A DNA stretch of 64,000 nucleotides from assembly GCA_050273025.1 (NCBI GenBank), contig CP158635.1, positions 33,294,001 to 33,358,000 of the forward strand, read 5' to 3'. A program made the position numbers and the translations under genes. This DNA is from Cenococcum geophilum. Taxonomy: Eukaryota. This document shows positions 36,572 through 50,344 of this stretch, one piece after another. The notes beneath the pieces are model-generated. The model was given only the letters and a program-made list of their open reading frames with translations. It had not been told where the DNA came from and made no database searches. Numbering within the stretch: position 1 is the stretch's first letter; every line of letters begins with the position of its first letter.

Positions 36572-37240
36572 CACTAAGGAATTAATACCCTCTATTTGTT
36601 TTGTGAATAATTAAATATCTACTAAACTATTTTTAAATAGAGGGTTAATTCCTTAATATAAAGGACTTATATATATTTTATTAGGCTTATTAGCTAGCCT
36701 TATATAGCACGTAGTTATTAACTATAATAAAATTAATCTCTTCTATCCTATCCTATACGCTGGGATAAGTTCAATACCTATATTAACGAGAGCCTAACTC
36801 CACTTAATAGCCGTTCAATAGCTATTTTATGGTGGACTTAGTCTCTACAGCGTACAAGATTTCTAAGACTCTTATTACTTATAATTAAAAGTTCTCTTAA
36901 TACCTAGAATAAGTGATAAACTAGAGAGTATTTTTAGGCTCTTAACGTCGCGTTCCATAGGACCGTATAAAGACTACTTTACAGATACTTGAGGTATTAG
37001 AATGCGCGAAGGACTAGGCAGACTATAGAATTCTAGGTATTTCTTTGTAGTTTCTTTATTATATAGTAGCTAGAAAGTAATAAAAGAGAATTTAACTTAT
37101 CTCTTTACTTATTCTTATTAATAGTTGCACGCTAAGAAATGTGGCTGAAAGTACCGGAGAATTATCGGATACTCTCGTAATACTATTAGCTGATAGGCTT
37201 ATTATCCGATATAGGTATCGGGGGTATCGGCCGCAAGCCT
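36572..37240. repeat. Short AT-rich RIP-degraded relic, family unidentified
   Basis: Abrupt TpA-rich, CA/TG-poor segment between two genes. It begins with an inverted repeat. Confidence 0.55.
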
Positions 37241-37724
37241 GAGGTACGCTAAAGGGGAGGGGGTGAAGCTGGTCGTGCAACAGGCTATACAATTTTATTC
37301 GCTTGAGTCCCTCACAGTTCGGCTCGGGCATGGGCAGACAAAGCGGCGTGCGTGCGGCGCGACGCCTGTCACTCGTTGGATCATAGCGAGCTGACACTTC
37401 TTAGCAGAAGCCACCTCTAGGGACTTGCCGTTTGTTAAAAGTATATGTAAATATGGTGGTTTTACATGTGGGATGACCTGACACCACAAGGCTGTGAGTG
37501 TGCATCTTAGTATATGTCTCCTGACCATTTTGCTCGCCGTCGAACGATAATTTCGAGGTCGCCGTCGATGTTGAAGCCCTTGCGGGAGCAAATTCCCAAG
37601 CTGAGATAATTAAAGCGAGGTCTTTCGATAGCATTTCTTTTTTCTTAATATTCTGATCAACGTTTGTTCCGTATATAATGGGATCAAGGTGCAGCGTGTC
37701 TAAGATAGACCCTTCACTGTCACC

Positions 37725-38611
37725 ATGATATTTCTACTCGTTTTCTTGATCCTCTTCGTTGAACACACCATCGCCAACCTTACTCCCACTCCAACCGTTG
37801 AAAATGACTATACAATCAACCTTCTAAAGCGTGTCGCCCAAGCTCCACAACCCTCCTGCACATGGGAAGGGCATTGTCTTGGAGATAACTGTCATTCCAA
37901 CGACGACTGCGATTTTGAATGGGTGTGTACTGGCGGAAAATGCTCCGTGGACGGATCAGCGTCCATGAGCACGTCTGTGAAGGTTCCAGTGACTTCTGCT
38001 GGAATCTCTACGGTCACCAGCTCACCTCAATCCATTCCCTTCAGTACTTCCGATCCCGTTTCCCCAGTGACGTCAACGGCGGTGTTGGTCATCACGTCGG
38101 TGACCACAGCGATTCATACAGTTACTTTGAGTGCTTCGGCGTCGTCCCGGTCGTTAGGTGGTTTGCATGAGACCATGACATCGACGTTCATTTCGGCTGC
38201 CTCATCATGTATGTCTCATTGACCTTTGTGACCCGTCTCCTTCATACGCTGATATTCGCAACAGCTACTCAGCCCAACCCTCCGCGCTACGGACTCTCTA
38301 AGGGAGCCAAGATCGGTATCGGCGTTGCGGTTCCTATTACCACCATTCTCATCGCGGTGACTGTTCTGGGAGTTATCCTGCATGCTCGCAAATCTCGCGC
38401 GGCGGCATTGGCAAACGCCAGCACGCAATTCGAACAGAGGGATGGTGTCGTGGCGCGGGAGCCGGTGACCGGGTACACAAACGTCGTCTATAAGCGAATG
38501 GACTATAGCGGCGAAGAATATAGAGCGCCACAGGTTGCAGAGTTGCCTGAGAGTAGACGCGGGGATATTCCGGTCGAACTGCCTGCAGTTGGAATAAAGA
38601 GGTTTGGGTAA
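37725..38611 (+). CDS. Single-pass cell-surface protein: signal peptide, 6-Cys module, S/T stalk, TM helix and cytoplasmic tail; 2 exons
   Basis: Signal MIFLLVFLILFVEHTIA; module CTWEGHCLGDNCHSNDDCDFEWVCTGGKC. Intron 38209-38264 joins in frame to GLSKGAKIGIGVAVPITTILIAVTVLGVIL and a tail with two ELP motifs. Confidence 0.82.
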
Positions 38612-39360
38612 ATAATATATTAATTAACCCATCCATGCGTCTACTTTAACATCTTTAACTTTTTCCGTTATACCTTCTTATTTACTAGTCAAACCACCCT
38701 TTTAGTTAATGTAGTGGCCATTCAAGCGGGATGAAGGAGTGGGGCGCTCTATGCCAATATTCGAAATAAAATCTCCTATAATGATCCTAGAGGGTGCAGG
38801 CCAACGGAGGTATGATGTCATAGAAACCAGGCAAATGGAAAGTTAACAAGTTGACAATAGATACGTGGAATGAACGTAGGTTAGATAAATAATACACTCT
38901 CCTATCAAAATTCTGCATCCCGTGTATTTTCTGCGTGCTTGTTATTTATCTATAAAATAACTCATCCCATTCCGTTTCTGCTCTATCACCAGCTGCCGAT
39001 CGGGTTCCTTGGAGTTACTGGCGCTCGTCGTTTGTGACAGAGTCATCTCTGACCCTGCCGTGCCTCCGCTGGCCGCTACCGACGCCCATGATTGTGTTGA
39101 AGGGGGAGACGCCGAGAGAATGTTCGGTCGGTTGCGCTCGCAGGGGGTGTTTGTAAAGGGCAGAATTACATAAGCGGGCAAAATGCTCGCTCCCTATTAT
39201 CTCGGTCCCAGACGATCAACCAATCATAAGCTGCTTACATAACAGATTAATCATCTTATGTTGTTGTCGTCTGGTACACGGTTCGGAAATTTGTTAGTCC
39301 CTCGCGCCAATTTGTATATAATTCTCATACAAACTCACGCGCCATACTAAATATTTTAGC

Positions 39361-39665
39361 TATTAATTAACAACGAACTAACGCCTTTATAAATAATCGG
39401 CCAACGTTATGTTTTAGAACTTTATAGGGCGATTCTAATGCTGCCAAAATTATTGCGAACGGCCTAGTGGTTACTACTATATTTCGCCTTAAATAAGCGA
39501 ATCTCCCCTTTAAAGCTCTACTTAAAACTCTATTACTATTAATTAATAATAAACTAACGCCTTTATAGATAATTGGCCAATGTTATATTCTAGAGCTTTA
39601 TAAGGCGATTCTAACGCTACCAAAATTATTATAAACGGCGTTATGGTTACTACTACATTTTGCTT
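39361..39665. repeat. Tandem duplication of about 125 bp with about 176-bp period, RIP-diverged
   Basis: TATTAATTAA(C/T)AA..AACTAACGCCTTTATA.. occurs at 39361 and 39537; the differences are mostly transitions. Confidence 0.7.
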
Positions 39666-39834
39666 TAAATATTACCGCTAAAATAGTAAATATTTAGCTA
39701 GAGCCATTAACTATCACTAATCCTTAATATTTAACCTCCTATATTAATATTTATAGTAGATAAATACCTAAATAGCTAATGTATTGTATCTAGACTAACT
39801 CTGGGCCTTATTACCTGCTTTATTGCTCTTCCGC

Positions 39835-40286
39835 TGCCTGCATAAACGCCTGCACGAAAGCCTGCACGAAGCCTGCACGAAGCCTGCACGAAGCCTGCAC
39901 GACGTCTGCACGAACGCCTACACGAATACAAACCCTATATAAAGCTCTGCACAAGGCTCTGCACGAGGCTCTGCTTAAAGCTCCGGTCGAAGCTCTGGTC
40001 GAAGCTCTGGTCGAAGCTCTGGTCGAAGCTCTGGTCGAAGCTCTGGTCGAAGCTCTGGTCGAAGCCGTGGTCGAAGCTCTGGTTGAAGCTCTGGTTGAGG
40101 CTCTGGTTGAGGCTCTGGTTGAAGCTCTGCTCGAAGCTCTGCACGAAGCTCTGCACGAAGCTCTGCTCGAAGCTCTGCTCGAAGCTCTGCTCGAAGCTCT
40201 GCTCGAAGCTCTGCTCGAAGCTCTGCTCGAAGCTCTATACGAGGCTCTGCTCAAAGCTCTGCACAAGGCTCTGCTCGAAGCTCTAC
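39835..40286. repeat. Minisatellite of 11-bp (CCTGCACGAAG) then 12-bp (GAAGCTCTGSTC) units
   Basis: Directly visible tandem units, which also produce the repetitive ORFs in the track. Confidence 0.95.
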
Positions 40287-40341
40287 TAACACAGCACTAA
40301 TATACTACGAAGGTTCTATAATTAGCTATATAACCACCTAT

Positions 40342-41905
40342 ATAATTATTATTATTAATTCTATTTATTGCCCAATTTGGTATCTTTTTAGGTCTATATA
40401 GGAAAAAGCCCTATAAGGGGAAAACCCTAAGTATTTCCTTTTAGCTAGTTTTATTTGTTTTACCTTTGCCTAGCTAGTATATCTTTATATCTTCTAGTCT
40501 ACCTTATATACTATACTTTCTAGGTATATTAGAAAATCTAAAAGGAGAAGTAAAAGGGTTTAGAAATTCGCTAATAAGCCGCCTATAGCTAGGCGGGGGT
40601 ATTTAGTCCTTAAGGGGCTAGAATAGGGCGTATTATTTAGTGTCCTCCTATTAGATCTTATATGCTATTTAAAACTACTAAAGAATTCCTTAGCCTATAA
40701 GCTATTTTACTACTATTTATAAGCCCCTACTTATAAAGAGTATTTAAGTAATATTATTTATGCCTACGCTAGCGAGTAGCTAGTCCCTTACTAAGTAGTA
40801 GCTATAAAATAGTAGTATATAATATATTAACTAAATAGGCCACTAGTATATATATTAAAGTAACTAAGAAGTAGTCTGTGTAGGCCTAATAGGGATCTAA
40901 ATTAAATATTAAGTAATAAATTATTATTATTATATATTAAGGTAAGATATTTAAAATATAGATATTAGCTATATATTTAGACCTAGGACCTTTATCTATA
41001 GTAGAAAAACAGCTATAGATTTTACCCTCGTTAGTCCTTTATATAAGAGAAGAGTTAATATTAACTATAGAGTATTCTATATAGCTGCGTCTTATATTTT
41101 TACTACCTCCTTCTATTATTACTTCTATTTAAGATCTATCTATCTTATAATTAGTATAGTAAATCTCTATCTATATTAGTAACCTCCTATCCTCTATTGC
41201 TATTATAGTACTCTACTAGTATAGCGCAAGGTCTTTATCTAATAAGATAATATTTCCTATATTTCCTTTTCTCTCTATTATTTATAGGTAAAGGGCTTCC
41301 TAGCTAGTATATTTAGACATATTACCTCTTTAAGGGGCTATTACTTCTTATATATATCTTGTTCCTTATATACATTTTAGTATTTAGTATATATTTTCTT
41401 CTACTAGGTAGCCTTATACTATAACTGCTCTCTATATAGTAGTTAAGTTAATATATAAGTCTAGTAGTAGAACTACTACTTTACGTTCTAGTATAGCGCG
41501 TAGTATTCTTTTATAGGCCCCTATAGTTCTATATAGGCACTAGTTTTATAGCTTAGTTAGTAGCGCTAAAGAGCTTTTTATTAGTACCTTACTATCTAGT
41601 CTTAGGCCCTTAATCTAGGAGCTGTATAGTATTATTAACCTTATTACTACTATATATAGTAGGCGTATATATTTAAAAGAGGGTCCTTATATTAAGGTAG
41701 TTATTTATAATATTGCTAAAAGTACTATTCCTCCCTTATAAGTAATCTATATAATATACTTATTCTAGTTTAACCTAGAGTCTACCTAAACCCCTAGGAC
41801 CTTAAGGGTAGCTTCTAGTTTTACTTTATAGCCTTAGATATTTACTATTAAGGCTAGGTTACTACTTACCCTTCTTTTCCTTATAAAGTAGATAAGCTAG
41901 TAATT
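40342..41905 (-). mobile_element. 5'-truncated Tad1-like LINE (copy A), RIP-degraded
   Basis: (TTA)n tail at about 40342-40357. The sequence is the reverse complement of about 44500-45875. Confidence 0.75.
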
Positions 41906-41939
41906 ATTTTAGACTATATACCTATATGGATAACGCTTA

Positions 41940-44900
41940 ATGTCGCTATACTAGTGTAATAAACCCGCTAAAGATATGTTACTAAGAAATTTAACTTAAA
42001 AAAGTATACCTAGGAAGTTACTAATAGGCTAGTAGCTATACCTTAGGTATTACTAGAGAATATCTAAAGGATTATAAATAACTACTTAAAAGAATACTAC
42101 CTAAAGGCCTAGCCTAAAAAATACGCCTACTGTAAAAAGTCACTAGAAATGGGCTAACTACTTATAGGCGTAAAAAGGGCAAGGTAATAGTATAGCGTAA
42201 TAAATAAAGCCTACTACTAATAGAGCTATAAGGCCCTAAAGAATAGGCCTAAGAAGATAATATAAAAGGAGAGTAGAAATAGCTAGCGCTAATTTCTAGA
42301 AGAAATTACCTTAAACCCTACTAAACTATATAATAAGGGACTCTAGTATATATTAAAGTAAAGTAGGCGAGCTGCTAAAGAGACGCTAGGGGACTTTTAC
42401 CTACTTATACTTTACTAGATAGAATAGGACTAGTATATAAATAATAATGAGGAAAATATTAAAATATTAGTAGAAGTTCTTTCTATACGCGGGCTAAATA
42501 GACCTATAGAATATTAGTAGCTAATTCTACCCCTTACTTATTAATATAAGTTATATAATATTGGTAAAAGAAATAAAGGACGCTATATAAAAGCTTCCTA
42601 CTAGTAAAGTGTTAAGGCTAAATAAGACCCTAAATAAGGCAATTAAAGCCGTAGTAAAAGTAGTAGTAATACTATTCGCTAACGTTATAACTACTTACCT
42701 TTAGAGAGGCAAACTACCTAAATACTTTAAAGTAATAACTATAGTCGTCTTATAAAAGGTATAAAAAAAGATTACTCTATTTTAGAAAGCTACTAACCCT
42801 AAAAAGGCTTTTAAAAAAGATAGTTATAAAATGTATATAAGAAGCGGTAGAAGTATAAAAGCTACTACTATAGATATAAATAGGCGTAAGAAAGAAAAGA
42901 TTAACCCTTTTAGCCCTCTTCCTAATTACCTCTAGTATTTAAGCGGTATAGTAAGCTTACCTAGAATATATTATATCTATACTAAGCCTAGACCTAAGCG
43001 GAATATTTAATAATATATTATATAAAAGACTTTTATAAATCCTAAGAAATAAATGCCTACTAAACTAGATAATTAAGTTTATCTAAGCCTTTCTAATAGG
43101 GCGTACTATAAAATTTATAATTAAGGGCTATAAAAGCGAATTAATATTAATACCTATAGGTATTATATAGGGATTACCCCTATTTCTATTTCTAATTATT
43201 TTCTTTATATTTAAACTACTAAAGATATATAATAATAGCTAGGATAATAGCTATATAGAATTATAGGGGCCTATAAAAGGACACTATATACTATAATAGA
43301 ACGTAAAGTAGTAATACTGCTACTAGACGTATATATAGAAGCAACTGCTATATAGAGGGCATTTATAGTATAAGGCCACCTAGTAGAAAAGGAGATATGC
43401 TAAATAGTAGAGCGTATATAAGGAGTAAGGGCCCTATAAAGAAGTATTACACCTAAGCTTATAAGTTAAAAAGCCCTCTATCTATAAGTGGTAGAAAGAG
43501 AATAGGAAATATAAGAGCTACTATAATACTTAGCGCTATGCTAGTAGAGTACTATAATAATAGAGGATATGGAGCTACTAGTATAAGTAGAGATCTACTA
43601 TATATATCGCAAGATAGGTAGATATTAAGTAGAAACAATGCTAAAAGAAGGCGGTAAAAGCGTAGAGAGGAACTATATAGAGCACCCTATAAATAATATT
43701 AACTTTCTCCCTATATAAAGGATAGATAAAGGTAGAATTTAAAGTCGCCTTTCTACTATAGATAGAGGTCTTAGAACTAAATGTATATCTAGTAAGCATC
43801 TATATCCTAAATACTATACTATACTATACTATACGTATAAATAGCCTATATAGTTAGTACGCTATATAATACTCTTCTATAACTACTATATAGTAAAAGA
43901 CTAGCTATTTACTATAGTAGGTATAAATAATATTACCTAAATACTATTTATAAGTAGGGGCCTATATAAAATAGTATAATAGTTTATAGGTTAAGAAGTC
44001 CTTTAGTAGTTCTAGATAGTATATAAGATCTAATAGGAGGACATAGGGGGATACGCCCCTTTTTAGCCCCTTAGGGACTAAACAACTCTATTAAGCTAAA
44101 GGCGGCTTATAGGCGACTTACTATACCCTTTTACTACCCCCTAGACCTTTTAAGATACCTTAAAAGTATATAATAAAGGTAAATAGGCTAGGTGTAAGTA
44201 GAGTGCGTAAGACTAGCTAAAAGAATACACCTAGGTTTTTCCCTTATTAGGGATTTTTTTCTATAAATAGAAGGTAGAAGCCTATATAGACCTAGTAAAG
44301 GGACTAAATTAGGTAATAAATAGAATAAATAAATAATAATAATAATAATAGCTAGGATATAATAGTCTTAGAATTTATAGATAATATAAACCTAATTATA
44401 TAGGGAAATATAGTAGTAGAAAACTATACTAGGCTAAACTAGGTATATAATAGGTATATTATATAGGCAAAACAATATAGCGCTAAATTCGTACTAGATA
44501 ATTACTAGTTTATCTACTTTATAAGGGAAAAAAGGGTAAGTAGCGACTAAGCCTTAATAGTAAATATCTAGAGCTACGAAGTAAAACTAAAAGCTACTCT
44601 TAAGGTCCTAGGGGTTTAAATAGACTTTAGGTTAAACTAAAATAAATATATTATATAGGCGACTTATAGAGAAGTAGTAGTATTTTTAGTAATATTATAA
44701 ATTACTACTTTAATATAAGGACCCTCTTTTAAATATATACGCCTACTATATATAGTAGTAGTAAGGCTAATAATGCTATACGGCTTCTAAATCTAGGGCT
44801 TAGGACTAGGCGGTAAGGTACTAGTAAAAAGCTTTTTAACGCTACTAGCTAAGCTATAAAACTAGTACCTATATAGAACTATAGGGGCCTATAGAAGAAT

Positions 44901-45875
44901 ACTACGCGCTATATTAGAACGTGAAGTAGTAGTTCTACTACTAGACTTATATAGTAACTTAACTACTATATAAAGAGTAGTTATAGTATAAGGCTACCTA
45001 ATAGAAGAATATATATATAAGGAACGAGATATATATATAAGAAGTAATAGCCCTTAAAGAGGTAATACGCCTAAATATACTAGCTAGAAAGCCTATTACC
45101 TATAAGTAGTAAAGAGAGAAAAGGAAATATAGAAATTATTAGCTTACTAGGCGGAGACCTAATACTATACTAGTAGAGCGCTATAATGGTAATAGAGGAT
45201 AAAAGGTTACTAATATAGATAGAAATCTACTATACTAATTATAAGATAGGTAGATCTTAAATAGAAGCGATAATAAAAGGAGGTAGCGAAAATATAAGAC
45301 GCAGCTATAAAGAACACTATAGTTAATACTAATAAAGGTAAAATCTATAGTTGCCTTTCTACTATAAATAGAGGTTTTAGGCCTAAATATAGCTAGTAAG
45401 TATCTATATTTAAATACCTTACCTTAATATATATATAGGTAGCCTATTTAGTTAGTACGCTATATATTACTATTTTATAATTACTACTTATTAAGGGACT
45501 AGCTACTTATTAGTATAGGTATAAACAATATTACCTAAATACTCTCTATAAGTAGAGGCCTATAGGTAGTAATAAGATAGCTTATAGGCTAAGAAGTTCT
45601 TTAATAGTTTTAAATAGTATATAAGATCTAATAGGAGGATACTAAAGAGTACCCCTTTTTCTAGCCCCTTAAAGACTAAATATCCCTACCTAGCTATAGG
45701 TAGTATACTAGCGAATTACTAAATACTTTTACTACCCCCCCCCTAAATTTTTTAATATACTTAAAAAATATAGTATATAAGGTAGACCTAAAGATATAAA
45801 GATATATTAGTTTGGTAAAGGTAGAATATATATAAAACTAGCTAAAAGGAAATACTTAGGGTTTTCCCTTTATAG
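41940..45875 (+). mobile_element. Tad1-like LINE RT region (host copy), RIP-degraded
   Basis: RT relics FKVITIVVL*KV*KKDY (about 42730), a G.PQGSP-like motif (about 43160) and FIDNINL (xxDD motif, about 44375). The left boundary is approximate. Confidence 0.75.
43247..44343 (+). mobile_element. 5'-truncated LINE inserted into the RT gene of a related LINE
   Basis: Flanked by the duplication AATAATAGCTAGGATA (43231-43246 and 44344-44359) and ending in a (TAA)n tail. It is similar to the host 3' region. Confidence 0.75.
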
Positions 45876-46807
45876 GAAAAGGCACTATAAAGGGAAAATC
45901 CTAAGTATTTCCTTTTAGTTAGTTTTATATATTCTACCTTTACTAAACTAATATATCTTTATATCTTTAGGTCTACCTTATATACTATACCTTTTAAGTA
46001 TATTAAAAGATCTAGGGGGGGTAGTAGGAGTATCTAGTAATCTATTAGCGTACTATCTATAGCTAGGCAGCGGTATTTAGTCTCTAAGGGGCTAAAAGGT
46101 GTATATCCTTTAGTGTCCTCTTATTAGATCTTATATACTATTTAGAACTACTAAAAAACTCTTTAGCCTATAAGCTATATTAATATTATTTATAGGCCCC
46201 TACTTATAGAGAGTATAAGTAATATTATTTATACCTATACTAGTAAATAGCTAGTACCTTATTAAGTAGTAGCTATAGAAAAGTAGTATATAGTATACTA
46301 ACTAAATAGGCTATCTATAAGTATATTAAGATATAGTATTTAAAATATAGATACTTATTAGCTATATATTTAGGCTTAAAATCTCTATCTATAGTAAAAA
46401 GGCAGATATAGATTTTACCTTTATTAGTTCTTTATATAGGAGGAGTATTAGTATTAACTATAGGGTATTCTATATAGCTACGTCTTATATTTTTACTACC
46501 TCCTTCTATTATCGCTTCTATTTAAGGTTTACCTATTTTATAATAAGTATAGTAGATCTCTATCTATACTAATAGCCTCTTATCCTCTATTACTATAGTA
46601 GTACTTTACTAGTATAGCGCTAGGTCTCTACCTAGTAAGCTAGTAATTTCTATATTTTCTTTTCTTTATTTAATTCCTTATTAGTAGAGGGCTTCCTAGC
46701 TAGTATACTTAGGCGTATTACCTTTTTAAGGGGCCCTTAATCCTTATATACGTTTTAGTATTTAGTATATATTTTCTTTTACTAAGTAGCCTTATACTAT
46801 AACTATT

Positions 46808-49800
46808 ACATATTAAGGGGGCTAATTTGGCGCGGTTATGACCTAGGTTAATATAAGGTTAGGGCTACCCCTATTAATAACGCGCCTAAACCCCGTATAA
46901 GGTCGCGCAGCAACCACCCCTAAGTACCTTCGCACGCGATTTTAGGCAAAAAGGTATATAATATATGTTAGATTGGTACTTCTAGACGGTCACGTAATAT
47001 TGCTCTAAATTTACAACACCTAAACGCGCTTTACTCCTACATTAAGGCGTCTCAGTTACTGTAATATAGTCCTATATTAAGACGTCTTAGTCACTAGAGT
47101 ATAGTCCTATATTAAGGCGTCTTAGATACTATAGTATAGTCCTATATTAAGGCGTCTCGGTCACTATAGTATAGTCTTATATTAAGGCGTCTTGGTCACT
47201 ATAGTAGTCCTATATTAAGGTGTCTTAGTTACTATAATATAGTCTTACATTAAGGCGTTTTAGTTACTATAGTAGTCCTATAGTAAGATAGTATTATATA
47301 TATATATATACTGCTTAATATAGAGCCTTTCCCTCCCTTTCCCTCCCCCCCGCCCTAAGGGCTAGTAGTTAAATATTCTTATAAAGCTAATCTAAAGAAC
47401 GCCGGCCTTGCAGCTACTCTAGCTAGTTAATAGCCTATCTCTTATCTCTTACTGTATTATCTTTTACGCGCTATTTTATATCCTTAATTATCCTATAGTA
47501 ACGGCTATAAAATATAGCCTTACCGTTAACCCGCTAGCGCGCCCCCTAGTAGTAATTAAGAGCTTTAATTAACGGCCTACCCGCTAGCCTTAAAGTTTAC
47601 TTAGCCTAGAGCTAGAACACTAAATTGCCGCCCTAAAGTATCTTATATTTCCTTAGCGGCGCCTATAGGTTAAGGATAAATAGGAAAAGTAGTTAAGTAT
47701 TTACTTGCGCCTACGCTAATAGGGGCGGTATAGATATAGTAGATAGCTAAATAGGGGGTGTGGATATTAGCTAAGCGGGGGGTGCGGATATAGTAGATAG
47801 CTAAGTAAGGGGTATAGGTATTAGCTAAATAGGCGGTGCGGATATAGTAAATAGCTAAGTAGGTAGTACGGATATTATAAATAGCTAAGTAGGTAGCGCG
47901 GATATAGTAGATATTATAATAGACAGTATAGGCCCGCCTAAAGGTAGATATATAGACTCCGTAGGCCCTATCTAAATACCTATCTTTCCTTACTAGATCT
48001 ATATAGGTGTAGGTATAAATAATACCAATAACCTTTTTATCTTACTAAGGCGTTCTAAGATTATATATACGTATAATTAAATACCTTTAATCTCTAAAAT
48101 TACGGCCTTATATCTTAGCTTAGCCACAGCCTTATAGGCGGGCTAGTATTTCCATATTATTAGCTTATTTAGCGTAACTACGTTAGCTAGTAAGCTTTCT
48201 ACCTATATAGTAAACCTCTAGTACTCCTTATAGCTAAAGAGGAAGTCCTTTTATAGGGGGTAGAGTGGGAACTACTTATATAGGATTACTAAGTCCTATA
48301 ATAGGATTACCCTAAGCGCGTGGAGGAGGCGTAGAAATCCTAAGCTTATAAGGTTAAGCTATATAACCTTATTATTAGCCCTATTTAGGTAATAGGTCTC
48401 TATATATTTTAGCTAAATATTAGTCTTAGGCCATATCTTTAAATAAAGGGCCTCTTTTAGCACCTCTTGTGTATAGGGAAGAAAGTAGCCTTTTCCTTCC
48501 TTTAGGAAGCTAGTAATTGACTATATAAACATATAGGGTAGGTAGCTAAGGTAGGCTTATATTATCGCGTTTATATTCTAGCGTCCGGCCTATCTAATTT
48601 AGGTCTCCTTAATGCTGCTAAGCTTAGTATACCGGATACTCTACTTACGGGCGTTATAGGTCTTCTCTTTTAAGTAAATTTCTACTTCCTAAAATATTTT
48701 CTTATTCCATTTAAACTGCGTATAATAGCTTAACGGCCGTTATAGTACTTTAATACTGCTAGGGAAGATATATAGGTTAAAGTAGTCCTCTAGCTACTAA
48801 AAGGATAGGAAGCTCTTAGTACTATCATTACCCTAGTAGTTAAAGAAGTAAAAAGCTATTATAAAGAGAGGGTAAAGAATAGGGTTAGTATTCTGTATAT
48901 AGCCTATATACTTAACCTTACTATACTAGTTCTACTTTCCCTATATTATTAATATAATTATATATAGCGCTAGCTTATCTAGCTTAGGCCCTTTATTTTC
49001 TAGTTTAATAAGGATAAGATTAGTAAGCTAAACGTCCTATCTACTTTCGCCTTAGGTAATAGTAGTATAGCCTAAAAAATAGGTTAGAAAACGGCAGCTA
49101 TATAAACTAAATAAGGTATATAATAGTAGTAATATATAAACCTAATAAATGCTTGGCCGCAGTTTAAAGGTAAGACTTAACTAAACCTAGTATCTTAGAG
49201 CCCGTCTCCTAGTACTAAGTAATCGCCCTTTTAAGCCCTTTAATATTGTAGCCGCTAGTAATTATAAATAGGCCTTAGTTAATAAAGTTAACGCGTTAAA
49301 TCCGGTCCTTATCGCGGTAGATACTGTCTAGTATTGCTAAGAGCTTCGCCCCCCATAGTGGCTGTAAGGCCTTACCTTCTAATTACTATATATAAAGCTT
49401 AGTAATAGTAAAGACGTAGCTATTTATAACTAAGTATTAAACTATTTTATTAAATAGGGCGTTTAGGGCCTCCTTATCCTATATCTTTTTCTTATCCTTT
49501 ATAGCTTCCTCTACGGCTATAGCTGCCCCTATAGCTGCCTTCCCCCCTAACTACCCTTTTGCCATTTTTTACCTCTTCTTTACTTGCTTACTATCTTTTT
49601 ATATCTCTTTCTATTTTAACTTCTATTTTTAATAGCTAACGGCCTATAATTCTCGGTTAATAACTTACTACTCTAGAAATAGGTAAAGCTTATTTTTTAT
49701 TACCTGGGCGCCGTTTATATTACCTTTTAGTTTCGCGTACTAGTCTTCCTACTCTTTCTACTTTAGCTTATACGCCCTTATAGTATTTTTTAAGCGCTAG

Positions 49801-50339
49801 GCCTTATAAATATCCTATAACCGCGCTATTTAGGCCTTAAATTCGCTCTAGAGGCTATAGGGGGGGGAGGCTAAAGGGGCTTCCTTTAACTATAAAGTAG
49901 ACCGTAGGGTAAGAAGATTCTTAAAAGACTTTATATTTATAAGAGGTAAGGGGAAAAACGTATAAGCGCAGTATAGGTAAATAGAGCTACTAAACACGTA
50001 AATATTAAAGGAGAAAGGAGAAGAGGGCTCTATATTATAGAATTAGAATTATAGTAAGCCTTTCTATATAAAATTAGAAGCCCTATATAAGCTAGAAGCT
50101 AACATAGGTATAAAAATAAAAAAGGGTTAGAAAATGGGATTATTAAGGTAATAATAAGATTAAGGGTACGCGCTAAGGACCTTTATACTAACCTAGTACT
50201 AACCTAGGCCTTAAAAACGTGTCTAAAAAGTAGGGGCTACTACTAAAAGGGGGGGGTAATATTTGGACGATATGTCGCGGACCTTAAGGGGTTATACATA
50301 ACCTAAGGTTATACTAAGCCTAATTTAGACCTCCGATAC
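46808..50339 (-). mobile_element. Crypton (CryptonF-like tyrosine-recombinase DNA transposon), copy 1, RIP-degraded
   Basis: Minus-strand relics GK*N*YSKVKYIG and EKTYNARK..IKET*IR*AGR*N..GKGYFLP (Ndc10-like YR), plus a GCR1_C-like IKALNYY*GAR*R..FYSR..II. Bounded by 5-bp direct repeats CTATT. Confidence 0.85.
47034..47285. repeat. 33-35-bp tandem array in Crypton copy 1 (7 units; 6 units at about 50571-50785 in copy 2)
   Basis: Unit TCCTATATTAAGGCGTCTYRGTYACTATAGTA(TA)G with no unique spacers. Confidence 0.9.
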
Positions 50340-50344
50340 CTATT

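Noticed and set aside
38942..39181. Short ORF containing SWASVAA, reminiscent of LINE ORF1
   Set aside because: Non-ATG start, a single weak motif and no supporting flanking structure.
39820..40300. ORFs such as [16 protein letters not shown] and QSFDQSFD
   Set aside because: Open frames on both strands arise automatically from a stop-free 12-bp repeat. There is no independent evidence of coding.
47034..47285. 33-35-bp repeats that resemble a CRISPR array
   Set aside because: The units are contiguous with no unique spacers, there are no cas genes, the context is eukaryotic, and the array is internal to a Crypton.
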